A stretch of 64,000 nucleotides of DNA from an uncultured Hyphomicrobiales bacterium (GTDB taxonomy: Bacteria > Bacteroidota > Ignavibacteria > Kapaibacteriales > UBA2268): NCBI GenBank assembly GCA_964577665.1, contig CAZOBD010000004.1, forward strand, positions 81 to 64,080. The letters run 5' to 3'. The notes under the pieces are model-generated. The model worked only from the letters and a program-made list of their open reading frames with translations, did not search any database and had not been told where the DNA came from. Of this stretch, positions 29,960 through 40,700 are shown piece by piece. The first letter of the stretch is position 1. Each line of letters opens with the position of its first letter. The position numbers were made by a program, and so were the translations under genes.

Positions 29960-31560
29960 GATATTTAAAAAATATTTACACTGCTGCAGCGATGGCTGCC
30001 TTTCTGCTGTTTTTGTATGCAGGCAGTCTTTTTTCAAAAAATGACAATGAATTCCGATGGGCAGCCGATGCTGAAGGAAACGCCCCTTATATCTTCAAAG
30101 ACCCGAGGAATCCTGCCGGACCTCTTATGGGATTTGAAGTTGACATTGCAAATGCCATAGCCGAAGAACTCGGCAAAAAGCCTGTTTTCGTTCAGAATCA
30201 ATGGGACGGGCTTATTCCCGGCTTAGGACGTATGGACTATGACGCAGCCATAAACGGTTTGGAAATTACCGAAGACCGAAAACAGGTAGTCAATTTTTCC
30301 ATACCTTACTACATTACTTACGAGCAGATCGTTGTGATGAACGAAACCAACGATATTAACACTCTTTCAGACTGTGTGGGTAAAACAGTCGGCGCTCTGA
30401 AAAACTCACTTGCCGAAAGAATTTTAATTGCAAAAGGCGGCATAAAAGTAAAGAGTTACGAAGGCGAAGTAAATGCTTTCACCGATATGAAAAACGGCAG
30501 GCTTGACGCTGTGCTTGTAGATGCTCCGATTGCTCTTTATTACGCCGAACCCGACCCGAAAATGAAACTTGTCGGACAGCCTATCGGAGAAGTTTCTTAC
30601 GGGGTTGTTACCCGCAAAAACGATACTCTCCTGCTGAACAAAATCAATTCGGCAATACTGTCCATGAGAGATTCCGGCAGACTCCGCGAAATATACGAGC
30701 AGTGGAATCTGTGGAATTACATGATGGCGCTGTATTTTAATGACAAAACAGAAACAAACATAAAGCCTGAGAAATACCAGTATTTCATAGAGTCGATGGG
30801 AGTTAAACGCGACTTCGACTACATGCTGAAGCTGTATATAAGTTTTCTGCCGCGTCTCGGCGAAGCGGCAATAGTTACATTGGAGCTGTCAATACTGGCA
30901 ATGATACTTGCCATACTCCTCGGGCTTATTATTGCCATAGTACGTATGTATGCTCCCGCTCCTTTTGCGTGGCTGGCAACTGGATTTGTGGAAGTAATCC
31001 GCGGTACACCTCTTTTGATTCAGCTTCTCTTCATATATTATGCTCTTCCCGGATTCGGAATAAAACTTTCGGAATTTGTAGCGGCAGTCATAGGACTAGG
31101 TCTTAATTATGCCGCTTACGAAGCTGAAAACTACCGTGCCGGATTAATGGCGGTGCCAAAGGGACAGATGGAAGCCGCAATTTCATTAGGAATGACCAAA
31201 GCTCAGGCTTTGCGCCACATTATTCTTCCGCAGGCAGTCAGAATTGTTATCCCGCCTATTACAAACGATTTTATCTCCCTTTTGAAGGATTCTTCACTTG
31301 TGTCGGTAATTGCAATGGTCGAGCTGACAAAGACGTACAATCAGCTTGCCGCTACGTATTACGACTTTTTTGGAACGGGACTGCTCGTTGCGGGTATTTA
31401 TCTGCTCATAGGTCTGCCTTTCGTAAAACTTGCAAAATGGGCAGAAAGAAGATTTTCTACTAATCCGCGTTTGAAAAAGAAAGGAAAGAAAGCACCCACT
31501 TATCTTTCCACTTTTTTGTTCGTAGTCGGATTGATATTGTTGTCATCTATTTTGCAGTGA
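29956..31560 (+). CDS. Fused periplasmic substrate-binding domain (SBP_bac_3) + polar-amino-acid ABC permease
   Basis: 534 aa; N-terminal signal/TM then SBP-like ~230 aa, followed by 5-TM permease with EAA loop ([22 protein letters not shown]); 4-bp overlap with ATPase gene. Confidence 0.75.
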   Translation: MRYLKNIYTAAAMAAFLLFLYAGSLFSKNDNEFRWAADAEGNAPYIFKDPRNPAGPLMGFEVDIANAIAEELGKKPVFVQNQWDGLIPGLGRMDYDAAINGLEITEDRKQVVNFSIPYYITYEQIVVMNETNDINTLSDCVGKTVGALKNSLAERILIAKGGIKVKSYEGEVNAFTDMKNGRLDAVLVDAPIALYYAEPDPKMKLVGQPIGEVSYGVVTRKNDTLLLNKINSAILSMRDSGRLREIYEQWNLWNYMMALYFNDKTETNIKPEKYQYFIESMGVKRDFDYMLKLYISFLPRLGEAAIVTLELSILAMILAILLGLIIAIVRMYAPAPFAWLATGFVEVIRGTPLLIQLLFIYYALPGFGIKLSEFVAAVIGLGLNYAAYEAENYRAGLMAVPKGQMEAAISLGMTKAQALRHIILPQAVRIVIPPITNDFISLLKDSSLVSVIAMVELTKTYNQLAATYYDFFGTGLLVAGIYLLIGLPFVKLAKWAERRFSTNPRLKKKGKKAPTYLSTFLFVVGLILLSSILQ

Positions 31561-32816
31561 GGTCCGCTTTCTTCTTCATCGTGCATCTCTTCTAAAAGTT
31601 CGCGGCGGATTTCCAATTCGTTATATTCTGCCCTTATTTCCTTTCTGTTTTTTGTTCTCAGAAGGGCTATCATCATTATCAGATTAGTGGATAATATCAC
31701 AAAAAATAATATTCCTTCGCTGAACTGCTTCATCTGATAAGCCGCAGGTATCGAATAAAACAACAGAATTGTAATTAAACCTCTCGGCGCAAGGAAAATT
31801 TCGGGAAAACAGTCTTTTTTAATGAAAATCTTGTAATGAATGTATCTTATAGTGTAAAGTATTAAGATAATTATTAAACCTATACCAAAAACATTTGGGT
31901 CCATCAGACTTTTAAGCTTTATTGACATGCCGAAAGTAACAAAGAAAAATGTCCTCACAACAAAAGCAGATTCATTGATAATAATCCTGAAATCTTTTGT
32001 TACGTTTTCCACTGCCTTAAAGCTTATCAGCTGCGAAAGATTTCCAAAAAAGAAAATCTTCGGGTTATTAAGAAAAATACCGAATATTAAAATTATCAGC
32101 AAAGAAGACAAATGCAGTTTTTTTGCAACGGAATAAAGAAGCGCGAGCATCGCCATCATCATAAAGAGCTTTACCTTTGACTTTATCTTGCTGAAGAAAA
32201 ACACAAGCAGATAAGACAAAACAAAAGACACTGCTACGGTGATTATTATCATCCAGACGCCCTGCAGCGAAATCATTCCCGGCACTTCATTAAGCACTAT
32301 AAAATTAAAAAACATAATGCCGATAATATCCGAGAATGTGGACTCATAGATGAGAAATTCCTGTTTTCTGTGAGACAGGTTCTTAATGCTGGGGATTACC
32401 ACAGCGCTGCTGATTACCGACATTGGGATTGCATAAACAAGAGATGTAAAAAAGGGTTCTTTCAGAAAATACATTATCGGCAGGGCAATAATAACCGACG
32501 TAATCAAAAGCACAGCTAGTGCCATGAATGAAGACAACCCGATTATCGGCATCTTTTCCCGGTTAAGCTCCAAATCTACCGCCGCCTCGAGCACTATCAT
32601 TATCAGCCCTATAATGCCAAGTAACTCAAGTATCCGAAATATAGTGTCTTCGTAAAACTGAGTATTATCCATAAAGAAATAATTGACTGCAATGCCTGTA
32701 CCTATTAAAAAAAGGACTGAGGGTATCTTGAACTTGTGTGAAAGCTTGTCATAAAAATAAGACAAACCGACCATTACACACAATGCAATTATTATTATAT
32801 ATGGATCAACCTTCAT
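31500..32816 (-). CDS. Cation:proton antiporter (Na+/H+ exchanger family)
   Basis: 438 aa, ~11 TM helices, N-terminal …KFKIPSVLFLIGTGIAVN… typical of CPA1 exchangers; 3' end overlaps convergent permease gene by ~60 bp. Confidence 0.5.
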   Translation of the reverse strand: MKVDPYIIIIALCVMVGLSYFYDKLSHKFKIPSVLFLIGTGIAVNYFFMDNTQFYEDTIFRILELLGIIGLIMIVLEAAVDLELNREKMPIIGLSSFMALAVLLITSVIIALPIMYFLKEPFFTSLVYAIPMSVISSAVVIPSIKNLSHRKQEFLIYESTFSDIIGIMFFNFIVLNEVPGMISLQGVWMIIITVAVSFVLSYLLVFFFSKIKSKVKLFMMMAMLALLYSVAKKLHLSSLLIILIFGIFLNNPKIFFFGNLSQLISFKAVENVTKDFRIIINESAFVVRTFFFVTFGMSIKLKSLMDPNVFGIGLIIILILYTIRYIHYKIFIKKDCFPEIFLAPRGLITILLFYSIPAAYQMKQFSEGILFFVILSTNLIMMIALLRTKNRKEIRAEYNELEIRRELLEEMHDEEESGPHCKIDDNNINPTTNKKVER

Positions 32817-32887
32817 TTTACCAAATGATTTCTCAAATTTAATTTTTTAATAAATACTACACAGGCAAATATAACAAAATTATTTTT

Positions 32888-32975
32888 ATTGAGTCTGCCT
32901 AATATGGGCGAACACATAGGTTCGCCCATACAGAACAACGTAGGGGCAGACCGGCTTGTCTGCCCTGAAAACTTT
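32888..32975. repeat. Repeat module E: hairpins GGGCGAACACATAGGTTCGCCC and GGGGCAGACCGGCTTGTCTGCCC
   Basis: Near-identical copy (with an extra GGGCGAACACGCAGGTTCGC unit) at 37172-37280. Confidence 0.7.
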
Positions 32976-33088
32976 CAATAACGCTGTTTTCTCCTTCTTT
33001 TGGCAGGCAGCTATTTTTTTGCTATATTGTCTGAATAAAAAATAATTACGTTGCTTTTTGCGTTTATTTAATAAAAAATGGAATTTTT

Positions 33089-33283
33089 ATGAGCGAATTA
33101 CCCATTCCCGAAGAAAAAATCAAAGAGATTGTTAAAGAATCACTTTCAGAAATTCTAAGCAGCAACAAATCCTTTTTTGGTGAAATACTTGCAAGAGCAA
33201 TCGAAGACATAGATTTAGCAAAAGAACTCCGGCGCGCCCAGCAAAGTAAAGAAATTCAGCAGATTGAATCACTTGAATCATAG
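33089..33283 (+). CDS. Hypothetical small acidic protein
   Basis: 64-aa ORF; no family recognised. Confidence 0.3.
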   Translation: MSELPIPEEKIKEIVKESLSEILSSNKSFFGEILARAIEDIDLAKELRRAQQSKEIQQIESLES

Positions 33284-33300
33284 AGATGATACAGAAATAT

Positions 33301-34485
33301 CTATCGGATAATAATAAAACTTTCCCTGACAATAAATCTCTTACAGGAAACACATAAATAATATAATCCTGAGGGTAGATTCGTTATATCCAATTTAATA
33401 TTATCCTGCTTGTAACCCGCATCATGTTTTTTGATGTAAAGCGTTTCTCCTAAATGATTTATTATTTTAACAGAACAAGTTTTTTCAAAAAAAGCAGGCA
33501 ATTTGAAACTTAATTCATCCTCAGCAGGATTTGGAAAAACAATCATTGCTGATTCGGCTGTTTGGTGTTTTAATCCCGAGCCGCTTTCCGTTACAGTAAT
33601 ATTCAAAGAAATTGTGTCATTATCGTTATATTCGTCGGCATTCCCGTTAGGATCGCTTACCCAGAAAGAAATATTATATAATCCTTTTTCGGCAAAATTT
33701 ATTTTTTCAGGTAAATCTATTCTTAACCTGCCGAAAGTTTCAACCTCAAGACCGCTTATTACATGAGAATATATCTGCTGTTCATCATTAATCCGCCAAC
33801 TGATATTGAATTGATTCAGCTTATCAATGCCAAAATTACTAATTTCTATCTGAGCGGTATAATCTCCCGGAGTCAGAAAAGCCGGCAGATTGACATCATC
33901 AAGGGAAATATCATTTTGATGCAGCTCGACTATCTCAATATCATCCAGAAACAGCATCCATCCGTCCCTGCCCACTCCTCTAAATGCAAAATGTATTTCT
34001 TCGCCTGCATAAATACTAAGATCTATCTTTGGATATTCGAAGTTACAAGGGGGGATACTTTCGTAAAGCATCTCGAAATCACATTCTATATCGGCGCCAT
34101 TGTTTGAAACCAAAAATTGATATTTTTCCCAATTATCTTCTTTATTGCTCGAATTTCCTGCCCGCCAGAGAATGTAATTATTTTGAGTAAGCTCTATCTT
34201 CGGAGATATCAGCCAGTCATCAGCCTGCTTTTCAACTTCATATTTGGAAGAAGTAATCACAAAATTGTTATTTGGTTCGTGAGGAATCTCTCCGACAACC
34301 CATGCCTCTTCACTGCCCTTAAAATACTCAAGTACCGAATTATGCCCGTCGTTGTTTATTGTAAGATAAATTGGAGACAAGGTATCTGCCGACTCAAAAT
34401 CTTCATTAAATATCAGTTTTTGTGCTTTAATGTCATGAAAGAAAAGTAAAAACAATACTGAAATGAAAATTAGTTTCATGTTCAT
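33301..34485 (-). CDS. Hypothetical secreted protein with T9SS C-terminal sorting domain
   Basis: Signal peptide MNMKLIFISVLFLLFFHDIKAQ; CTD …VFPNPAEDELSFKLP…YYLCVSCKRFIVRESFIIIR. Confidence 0.5.
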   Translation of the reverse strand: MNMKLIFISVLFLLFFHDIKAQKLIFNEDFESADTLSPIYLTINNDGHNSVLEYFKGSEEAWVVGEIPHEPNNNFVITSSKYEVEKQADDWLISPKIELTQNNYILWRAGNSSNKEDNWEKYQFLVSNNGADIECDFEMLYESIPPCNFEYPKIDLSIYAGEEIHFAFRGVGRDGWMLFLDDIEIVELHQNDISLDDVNLPAFLTPGDYTAQIEISNFGIDKLNQFNISWRINDEQQIYSHVISGLEVETFGRLRIDLPEKINFAEKGLYNISFWVSDPNGNADEYNDNDTISLNITVTESGSGLKHQTAESAMIVFPNPAEDELSFKLPAFFEKTCSVKIINHLGETLYIKKHDAGYKQDNIKLDITNLPSGLYYLCVSCKRFIVRESFIIIR

Positions 34486-34626
34486 TTTCCCGCTGAATGT
34501 CAAAATATAAACGCTGCCCTTAACCAGATACACTCATATTCATTAATTGTTAGCGTAAATATTACAATATTCGGCATTTTAATAGAGCTTATGATATTAA
34601 TATATCATCATTAAGCACAACTTCTC

Positions 34627-35652
34627 TCAATAGCTCATAGCATCAAGTTTTACTTTGCCTCGGAAAATCCAGTAAATGCTTATGGTATATGCCAGAACGA
34701 AGGGCATACCTATTATTGCTATGATCAGCATGATGTTAAGAGTTCTCTGCGAAGAGGCAGCATTGTAAACATTCAGACTATGCTCGGGATTTGGACTTGA
34801 AAGCACAATATTTGGGAACATTCCTATTGCAAAAATTGCAAGCAGAAACAGTATGCTTGCACAAGAGCTTAAGAATGCCCTGAAATAGCGCTCATGATGT
34901 ATTTCCCTCGGTATGTTGGCTATTGCAAGCATGTTCAGCAAAGCTATGAAAAATATAGCCGGGAAATCGCGGAAATGCTCTGTCATGTGAGGCACGTATA
35001 GGAGAGTTGCCATTGTAACTGCTACGTAACATATCACAAAAAATATTATTGTATTGTTTACCCAGCCTTTTACTGTCTGCTGTATATCGCCTTCGGTTTT
35101 CATAACAAGGTATATTGCGCCGTGCATCATAAAAAGAGCAACAGTTGTTATGCCCACCAGAAGTGAATAGGGATTGATAAGGTCCCACAAGCCTATGTAA
35201 GCTTCTAAGTCGGCGCTGATGGGTATTCCTAAAATTATATTTCCTAAAGCTACACCCATAAGCAAAGCTATTACAATGCTTGAAACGCTGAAAGCTATAT
35301 CCCAGGCATTGCGCCATTTCTGAGAGTCTCTCTTGCTGCGGAATTCAATCGAAACTGCCCGGAAAATCAGTACGAACAAAAGTAATATAAAAGCTGTGTA
35401 AAACCCCGAAAAGACTGTGGCATAAACGTGTGGAAATGCCGCAAAAAGCGCTCCGCCGCCCGTTACAAGCCAAACTTCATTTCCGTCCCAAACAGGACCT
35501 ATCGAGTTTAAAAAAATACGTCTGTTTTTATCGCCTTTTATCAGAAGGTGCAGGGATCCTACGCCCAAATCAAAACCGTCTAAGATGGCATAACCCGTTA
35601 GAAGCACCCCTACTAATATAAACCAGGTAATATTTAAATCTATTCCAAACAT
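34627..35652 (-). CDS. cydB: Cytochrome bd ubiquinol oxidase subunit II
   Basis: 341 aa; N-terminus MFGIDLNITWFILVGVLLTGYAILDGFDLGVG characteristic of CydB. Confidence 0.85.
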   Translation of the reverse strand: MFGIDLNITWFILVGVLLTGYAILDGFDLGVGSLHLLIKGDKNRRIFLNSIGPVWDGNEVWLVTGGGALFAAFPHVYATVFSGFYTAFILLLFVLIFRAVSIEFRSKRDSQKWRNAWDIAFSVSSIVIALLMGVALGNIILGIPISADLEAYIGLWDLINPYSLLVGITTVALFMMHGAIYLVMKTEGDIQQTVKGWVNNTIIFFVICYVAVTMATLLYVPHMTEHFRDFPAIFFIALLNMLAIANIPREIHHERYFRAFLSSCASILFLLAIFAIGMFPNIVLSSPNPEHSLNVYNAASSQRTLNIMLIIAIIGMPFVLAYTISIYWIFRGKVKLDAMSY

Positions 35653-35664
35653 GGCTCCTCCCTT

Positions 35665-37041
35665 TTATTGATTTCCCAAAATGGTTTTTTGACTGGTATA
35701 TTCCGATTGTATTTCTTCAACTGCGTCAGGTCCGTGCTTGATTTTCCTATCGAGCAAAAATAAAAACAGAAAAAGAAGCAGCAGGTATATCAGTGTAAAA
35801 AGTATCAGGGAGAATAGAACTTCTCCATAAGTAACGGATTTTGAAACAGCGTCGCTCGTTCTAAGCAAGCCGTAAACTATCCAGGGCTGCCTGCCTATTT
35901 CCGCAGAAGCCCAGCCGAGCTGGTTTGCGGCATGAGGAAGCAGTATAGAAAAAATAAGAATTACCCAGTACCATTTAGCCTTGAAAAGTTTTCCCGTAAT
36001 CCAGAGCAGAATACCCAGAAAAGCTATTGCAATGATTGCCATCCCGATTGCCACCATTATGTGATAAGTTTGAAAAACTACGTTTACAGGCGGCCTTTCG
36101 TCTTCGGGAAAAGCATTCAATCCCGTTATTGGAGCTTCCCAGTCCCAGTGGGTTAAAAAGCTCAGCATCCCGGGGATTTTTAGACCTCCTATTACTTCCT
36201 GCTTTTCTTCATCTACCCATCCCCATAAATACATGTCTCCTACTCCGCTTGAGTCATAGTGCGCTTCAAAAGCGGCAAGTTTTGCAGGCTGTGTTTCGGC
36301 TACCTGCACTGCGCCTGCATGGCCTGTTGTAAGCTGCGACAGCGAAGCAAAAGCAACAATTATCAAAGCAATCTTCAATGACTGTTTTGCAAAATCGAGG
36401 TGTTTGTTTTTCAAAAGATAGTAGGCGCTTACGCTGAGAACCAGAAAGCCTCCTGCAAGCCAGCAGCCTGAAAGAGTGTGCGTAAGTCTCTCCATAGTGG
36501 AAGGATTAAAAACAACTTCCCAGAAATCCAGTATTTCTGCCCTTTGCATCAAGCCTTCGCCAACAATGTGATGACCGGCGGGGGTCTGCTGCCAAGAGTT
36601 TGCAACAATTATCCACACTGCGCTGAGATGCGCTCCGAAAGTAACCATAATAGTCGCGAAAAAGTGCATTCCGGGCTTTACTTTATCCCAGCCGAAAACC
36701 AGAATGGCAAGAAATCCGGACTCAAGGAAAAAGGCGAATATTCCTTCTGCGGCAAGCGCGCTGCCGAAAACGTCACCCACATAGCGGGAATATACCGACC
36801 AGTTCGTGCCGAACTCAAATTCCATCACTATGCCTGATGCCACTCCTACGGCAAAAGTGAGTGCAAAGACCTTTACCCAGAATTTGGTCATTGTTTCGTA
36901 GAGTTTATTTTTAGTTACCATATACATGCCTTCCATTATTACCATTATTATGCCGAGCCCGATGCTCATTGGCGGGTAAATGTAATGAAAGCCTATGGTT
37001 ACGGCAAATTGTATTCGGGCGAGCATTTCTGCATCTAACAT
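35665..37041 (-). CDS. cydA: Cytochrome bd ubiquinol oxidase subunit I
   Basis: 458 aa; MLDAEMLARIQFAVTIGFHYIYPPMSIGLG… and Q-loop region typical of CydA. Confidence 0.85.
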   Translation of the reverse strand: MLDAEMLARIQFAVTIGFHYIYPPMSIGLGIIMVIMEGMYMVTKNKLYETMTKFWVKVFALTFAVGVASGIVMEFEFGTNWSVYSRYVGDVFGSALAAEGIFAFFLESGFLAILVFGWDKVKPGMHFFATIMVTFGAHLSAVWIIVANSWQQTPAGHHIVGEGLMQRAEILDFWEVVFNPSTMERLTHTLSGCWLAGGFLVLSVSAYYLLKNKHLDFAKQSLKIALIIVAFASLSQLTTGHAGAVQVAETQPAKLAAFEAHYDSSGVGDMYLWGWVDEEKQEVIGGLKIPGMLSFLTHWDWEAPITGLNAFPEDERPPVNVVFQTYHIMVAIGMAIIAIAFLGILLWITGKLFKAKWYWVILIFSILLPHAANQLGWASAEIGRQPWIVYGLLRTSDAVSKSVTYGEVLFSLILFTLIYLLLLFLFLFLLDRKIKHGPDAVEEIQSEYTSQKTILGNQ

Positions 37042-37159
37042 AACCTGCTCCTCTTTTAGATGTGAATGATAACGATGTTTTCACGAAACAGCGTTTTCCA
37101 TTATTTTGAACAAAAATAGCTTTTTTCAGCACAATATGCAAATTTTTTTAGGGAGAGAG

Positions 37160-37580
37160 TTCAATGGGTGAACACGAAGGTTCGCCACTACATGCCAAAC
37201 AGAACAACGTAGGGGCAGACCTGCGTGTCTGCCCTGAAAAAGAACACGCAGTTCTATGGGCGAACACGCAGGTTCGCTACATTAAAGATGTCCAACATCT
37301 TTTTCCTCCATACTGTGCATCCCCTCCCCAAGAGGGGATTAAAGGGTGTGTTCCTTATACGTGAGATTCTGAAACAAGTTCAGAATGACATCCATGATTT
37401 CTTTTTGCATCTCATTCACAAACTCCGATTTGGGAATGTACTTTTCTTTCAAAACTCTGGGTTTTTAGATGGACTCCACTTTAAAAGTGGAGTCCATCTA
37501 CGAATAATCATCCCTTTGAGTGATTTTCCCGAATCATGGATGTTTTGTCTGAATTTTAAGTCTAAATGCCGAAGCTGCAG
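37160..37580. repeat. Largest mosaic repeat cluster (~420 bp): modules E, GATGTCCAACATC hairpin, G/C-rich CCCCTCCCCAAGAGGGGA, F (CTGAAACAAGTTCAG), A, B, C concatenated
   Basis: 37310-37395 is the reverse complement of 53395-53490; module B identical to 13530-13563; module E to 32905-32970; module C to 13673 etc. Confidence 0.8.
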
Positions 37581-37746
37581 CAAAATTTCTGAGATTACTT
37601 TCTTTTATCAAAGACGGATATACATTTCTTAAGGAAAAATCCGTTGCTACTGCTTTACAAACTTTTCACAAATAAAAAATAAACAATTATTCTGCAAAAT
37701 TCGTAAAAAAATAGTGAAAAACAGCCTGCCGAAAAGAAACAAATCG

Positions 37747-40700
37747 TTAATAGCCTGCTATTATAAGTTTTTTACTTAAACTGCCGCTTTTTGTTTTCAG
37801 AACTGCTATGTAAACTCCGTCGGACAAATGGGATAAATCTGTCTGAAAAGTATTGAATCCGGCTTTGGAGTAATGATTTTCCAATAAAGTTGAAACTTTA
37901 TTACCAATAGTATTAAACAACTCTAAAGTTATTTCGCCCGGAGAGGGCAGATAATACTGCATAGAAACTATGTTTTCTGCCGGATTGGGATACATCTCAA
38001 ATTTAATATTACTGTCGAAAAATTGGTTTATTCCTGAAACCTCTCCGTCCAGCACTGCAAGGTAACTTCCGAGTCCGTTCATAATAGTGCTTACGTAGTT
38101 TCCCGCAGTATCTACCCTGCCGCCTAAATTTTCCCATGCTCTTTTACCGGTATTCCACATAAAAACACATATATTTTCTTCATTTTTATCATCAGGTATG
38201 ATATCGTCATATTTAATCTTGATGATATTTTTTCCGGTTAAACCGTTCATAGAAAGCGGGAATGCAGAAATGGAATATAAAGGGCTGACTTTCAGAAAAC
38301 CATCGTTGAAACCTTCGGGAATTGTCGAAAATTGGGATGATGCAATACCGAATTTGTCAATCACTTTATTTTCACTGCTTATGTAAAGAGTGCATAAACC
38401 GCTGTTTTCAAATATTTTCTGCTGCTTCGGATAAAATCCGTAATCAAACGGAACTTTAAACTCGTTCTCCTCGTTGTCTTTTGCGCTGATGAACATTTTT
38501 CCTTCATCCATATAATTTTTATTCACCTCGGCGGTATAATAGTTTTCCTTTTGGGCAGCCATTTTTATGTCAAAGGAAGATTTTTCCAAGACAGAAGTAA
38601 GAGTTCCGCCGCCGGGGTACATATTCTCCATATAAAAATCAATGATCAGGGAGCCGTCTGCCTGAATATCCCACTGGGGCACTATTCCGAATTCCCCGGC
38701 AACTTTTTTCAATGTCTGTTTCTTCTCTAAAATTTGATTATCTTTTTTCATTTTACTTACAGCATCAATGTAAAGGGTTGAAAATTCATCTTCACCCGTC
38801 CATGGGTTCTGGTATAAAACCCATATTACATCGCCGATGGCAGCGCCGACCACTTTTATTTTGCCGTCTTCTCTTGTTTTACCCTGATCCTTGAAAAGAG
38901 CTTCGCTGTCGCTAATCATTTTTACATGAGAGACCATTGCTCTGTGTGCGAGAGAGCCTGATTCACTATAAATTGTAAGGTCTAAATCACCCGTTTCAAC
39001 ATCATCAATAAAATCGTGAATTTCAAAATCGAGAAGATGGTCAACTTCAAAACCGTATCCTCTTGATGATCTTCCGTCTCCGGGTCCCCTTTCGGGAGCA
39101 CTTCTGCCGTCTTCTTCGGGAGTTCTTATGGGGCAGGGTATCCCCTCGTAAGTTCCTTCCCGCTCCTGATTCCACTGCGACCAGCAGTCCATTCCGTTTA
39201 CCGACCATTGCTCGGTTATTTTATATGAGTTATCGGGATAGCGGTCGGGGGTGGACATTTCGCTGCTCCAATTGTCGCAATAGCTTCTGTCGCAGTCCAT
39301 AAAGCCGAAATTGTAATGCCTGAACACTGAATTCCCCTCATCATCTTCATATTCGTCTTTGAATCCCATCATGTAATGTCCCAGCTCATGCCCTATCATT
39401 CTGGGATTTTCCGGAGCATCTCGGAGGTACCAGTCATCTTCAGATAAAATGTAAATGGTATTTGCTTTGCTGTCAAAAAATCTTCTCGGAAGATGAACAT
39501 GACCTTCATCAGGATCAAAAATACCGTTTACCCGGGCGCAGGGCCATTGTGTGTTGTTTGCATAAAATCTAATGTCACAGTCGTCCCAGTGCTGTTTATT
39601 ATCGTAAACGACCACTTTGTTGAAAAAAAGATGTCCGTCGGTTACATCAAAAAGATAGTTCGATGCATCTTTGAACCAGTCCTCTATAGCCTCAAGCACT
39701 TCCCTTTTGGCATCCCACTCGACGGATACAATCAAATTATACTCGTAAGTTCCTGAAATCATATAAATATCCTGAGGTCTGTCTTCATAGTAAATATGAT
39801 AGAAGGGAATAGATTTGCGAAAATCAAGATTATTCAAAGAAACTTTGTACATAACATTGTCAACGGCTGAATGTCCCGGTTTGGCAGCGGGTTCCTCATG
39901 CAGGTACTCATCCAGATATATCCTCAGAAAATGCCCCCGTTCAATATCACTTTTCCTGAGAGCAAAAGCACCCTCGCTGCTTGTATAATATTCGCCAAGA
40001 TATTCCTGAGGAAATCCATAATGAATATGTTTCCAAACTCTGAAAGGTCTGCCGGGTATCCTGATGCTGTCTATATCATGGATACGTATTGACCAGAACA
40101 TATCGGAAAAAGGGGCAGCCGCAGCCAATAGACCCGACTGCGTAGAAATCAATATTCTTTCTATATCAATAAACATATCGCTGATGTCTGCATTAATGCC
40201 TGAGTTGTCGGCATCTATCCAGCTTGCGCCATACTTAGAATGAGACACTTTGTCTTTCCCGAAAGCATACAATCCTTTATCTTTCTTAAATGTTATCTTC
40301 TTCAGTCCTGCGTCTTTATTGCCCGTAAGAGAAATTTTACCGTCCTTAATTTTGTAAACACCCTTGTCTGAAGCCGCAAACAAAGCATCATCAGATTCTG
40401 TTATGTCTTTAAAGACGGCATCTTCTTCGGTAAATTCTTCATACCAGCTCTTCCCGCCGGATTCACCCTGATATAATCCTTTTTTTCCGACGGGTACTGC
40501 CCAGATTATATCTTTCTTATCAACGAAAATCTTTTCAAAATTGTTAGACCAAGTATTTATTTCCTGCCATTTTGCTCCATTGTCCATACTGTAGAAAAGT
40601 TTGTTCATTTTGGCATCTTCAAGCAAAGCATAAATGTATCCTTTTGAATCTTTATCCAATGAGATATATTTGTGATAATCCTTCCTGATGTTTTTCCAAA

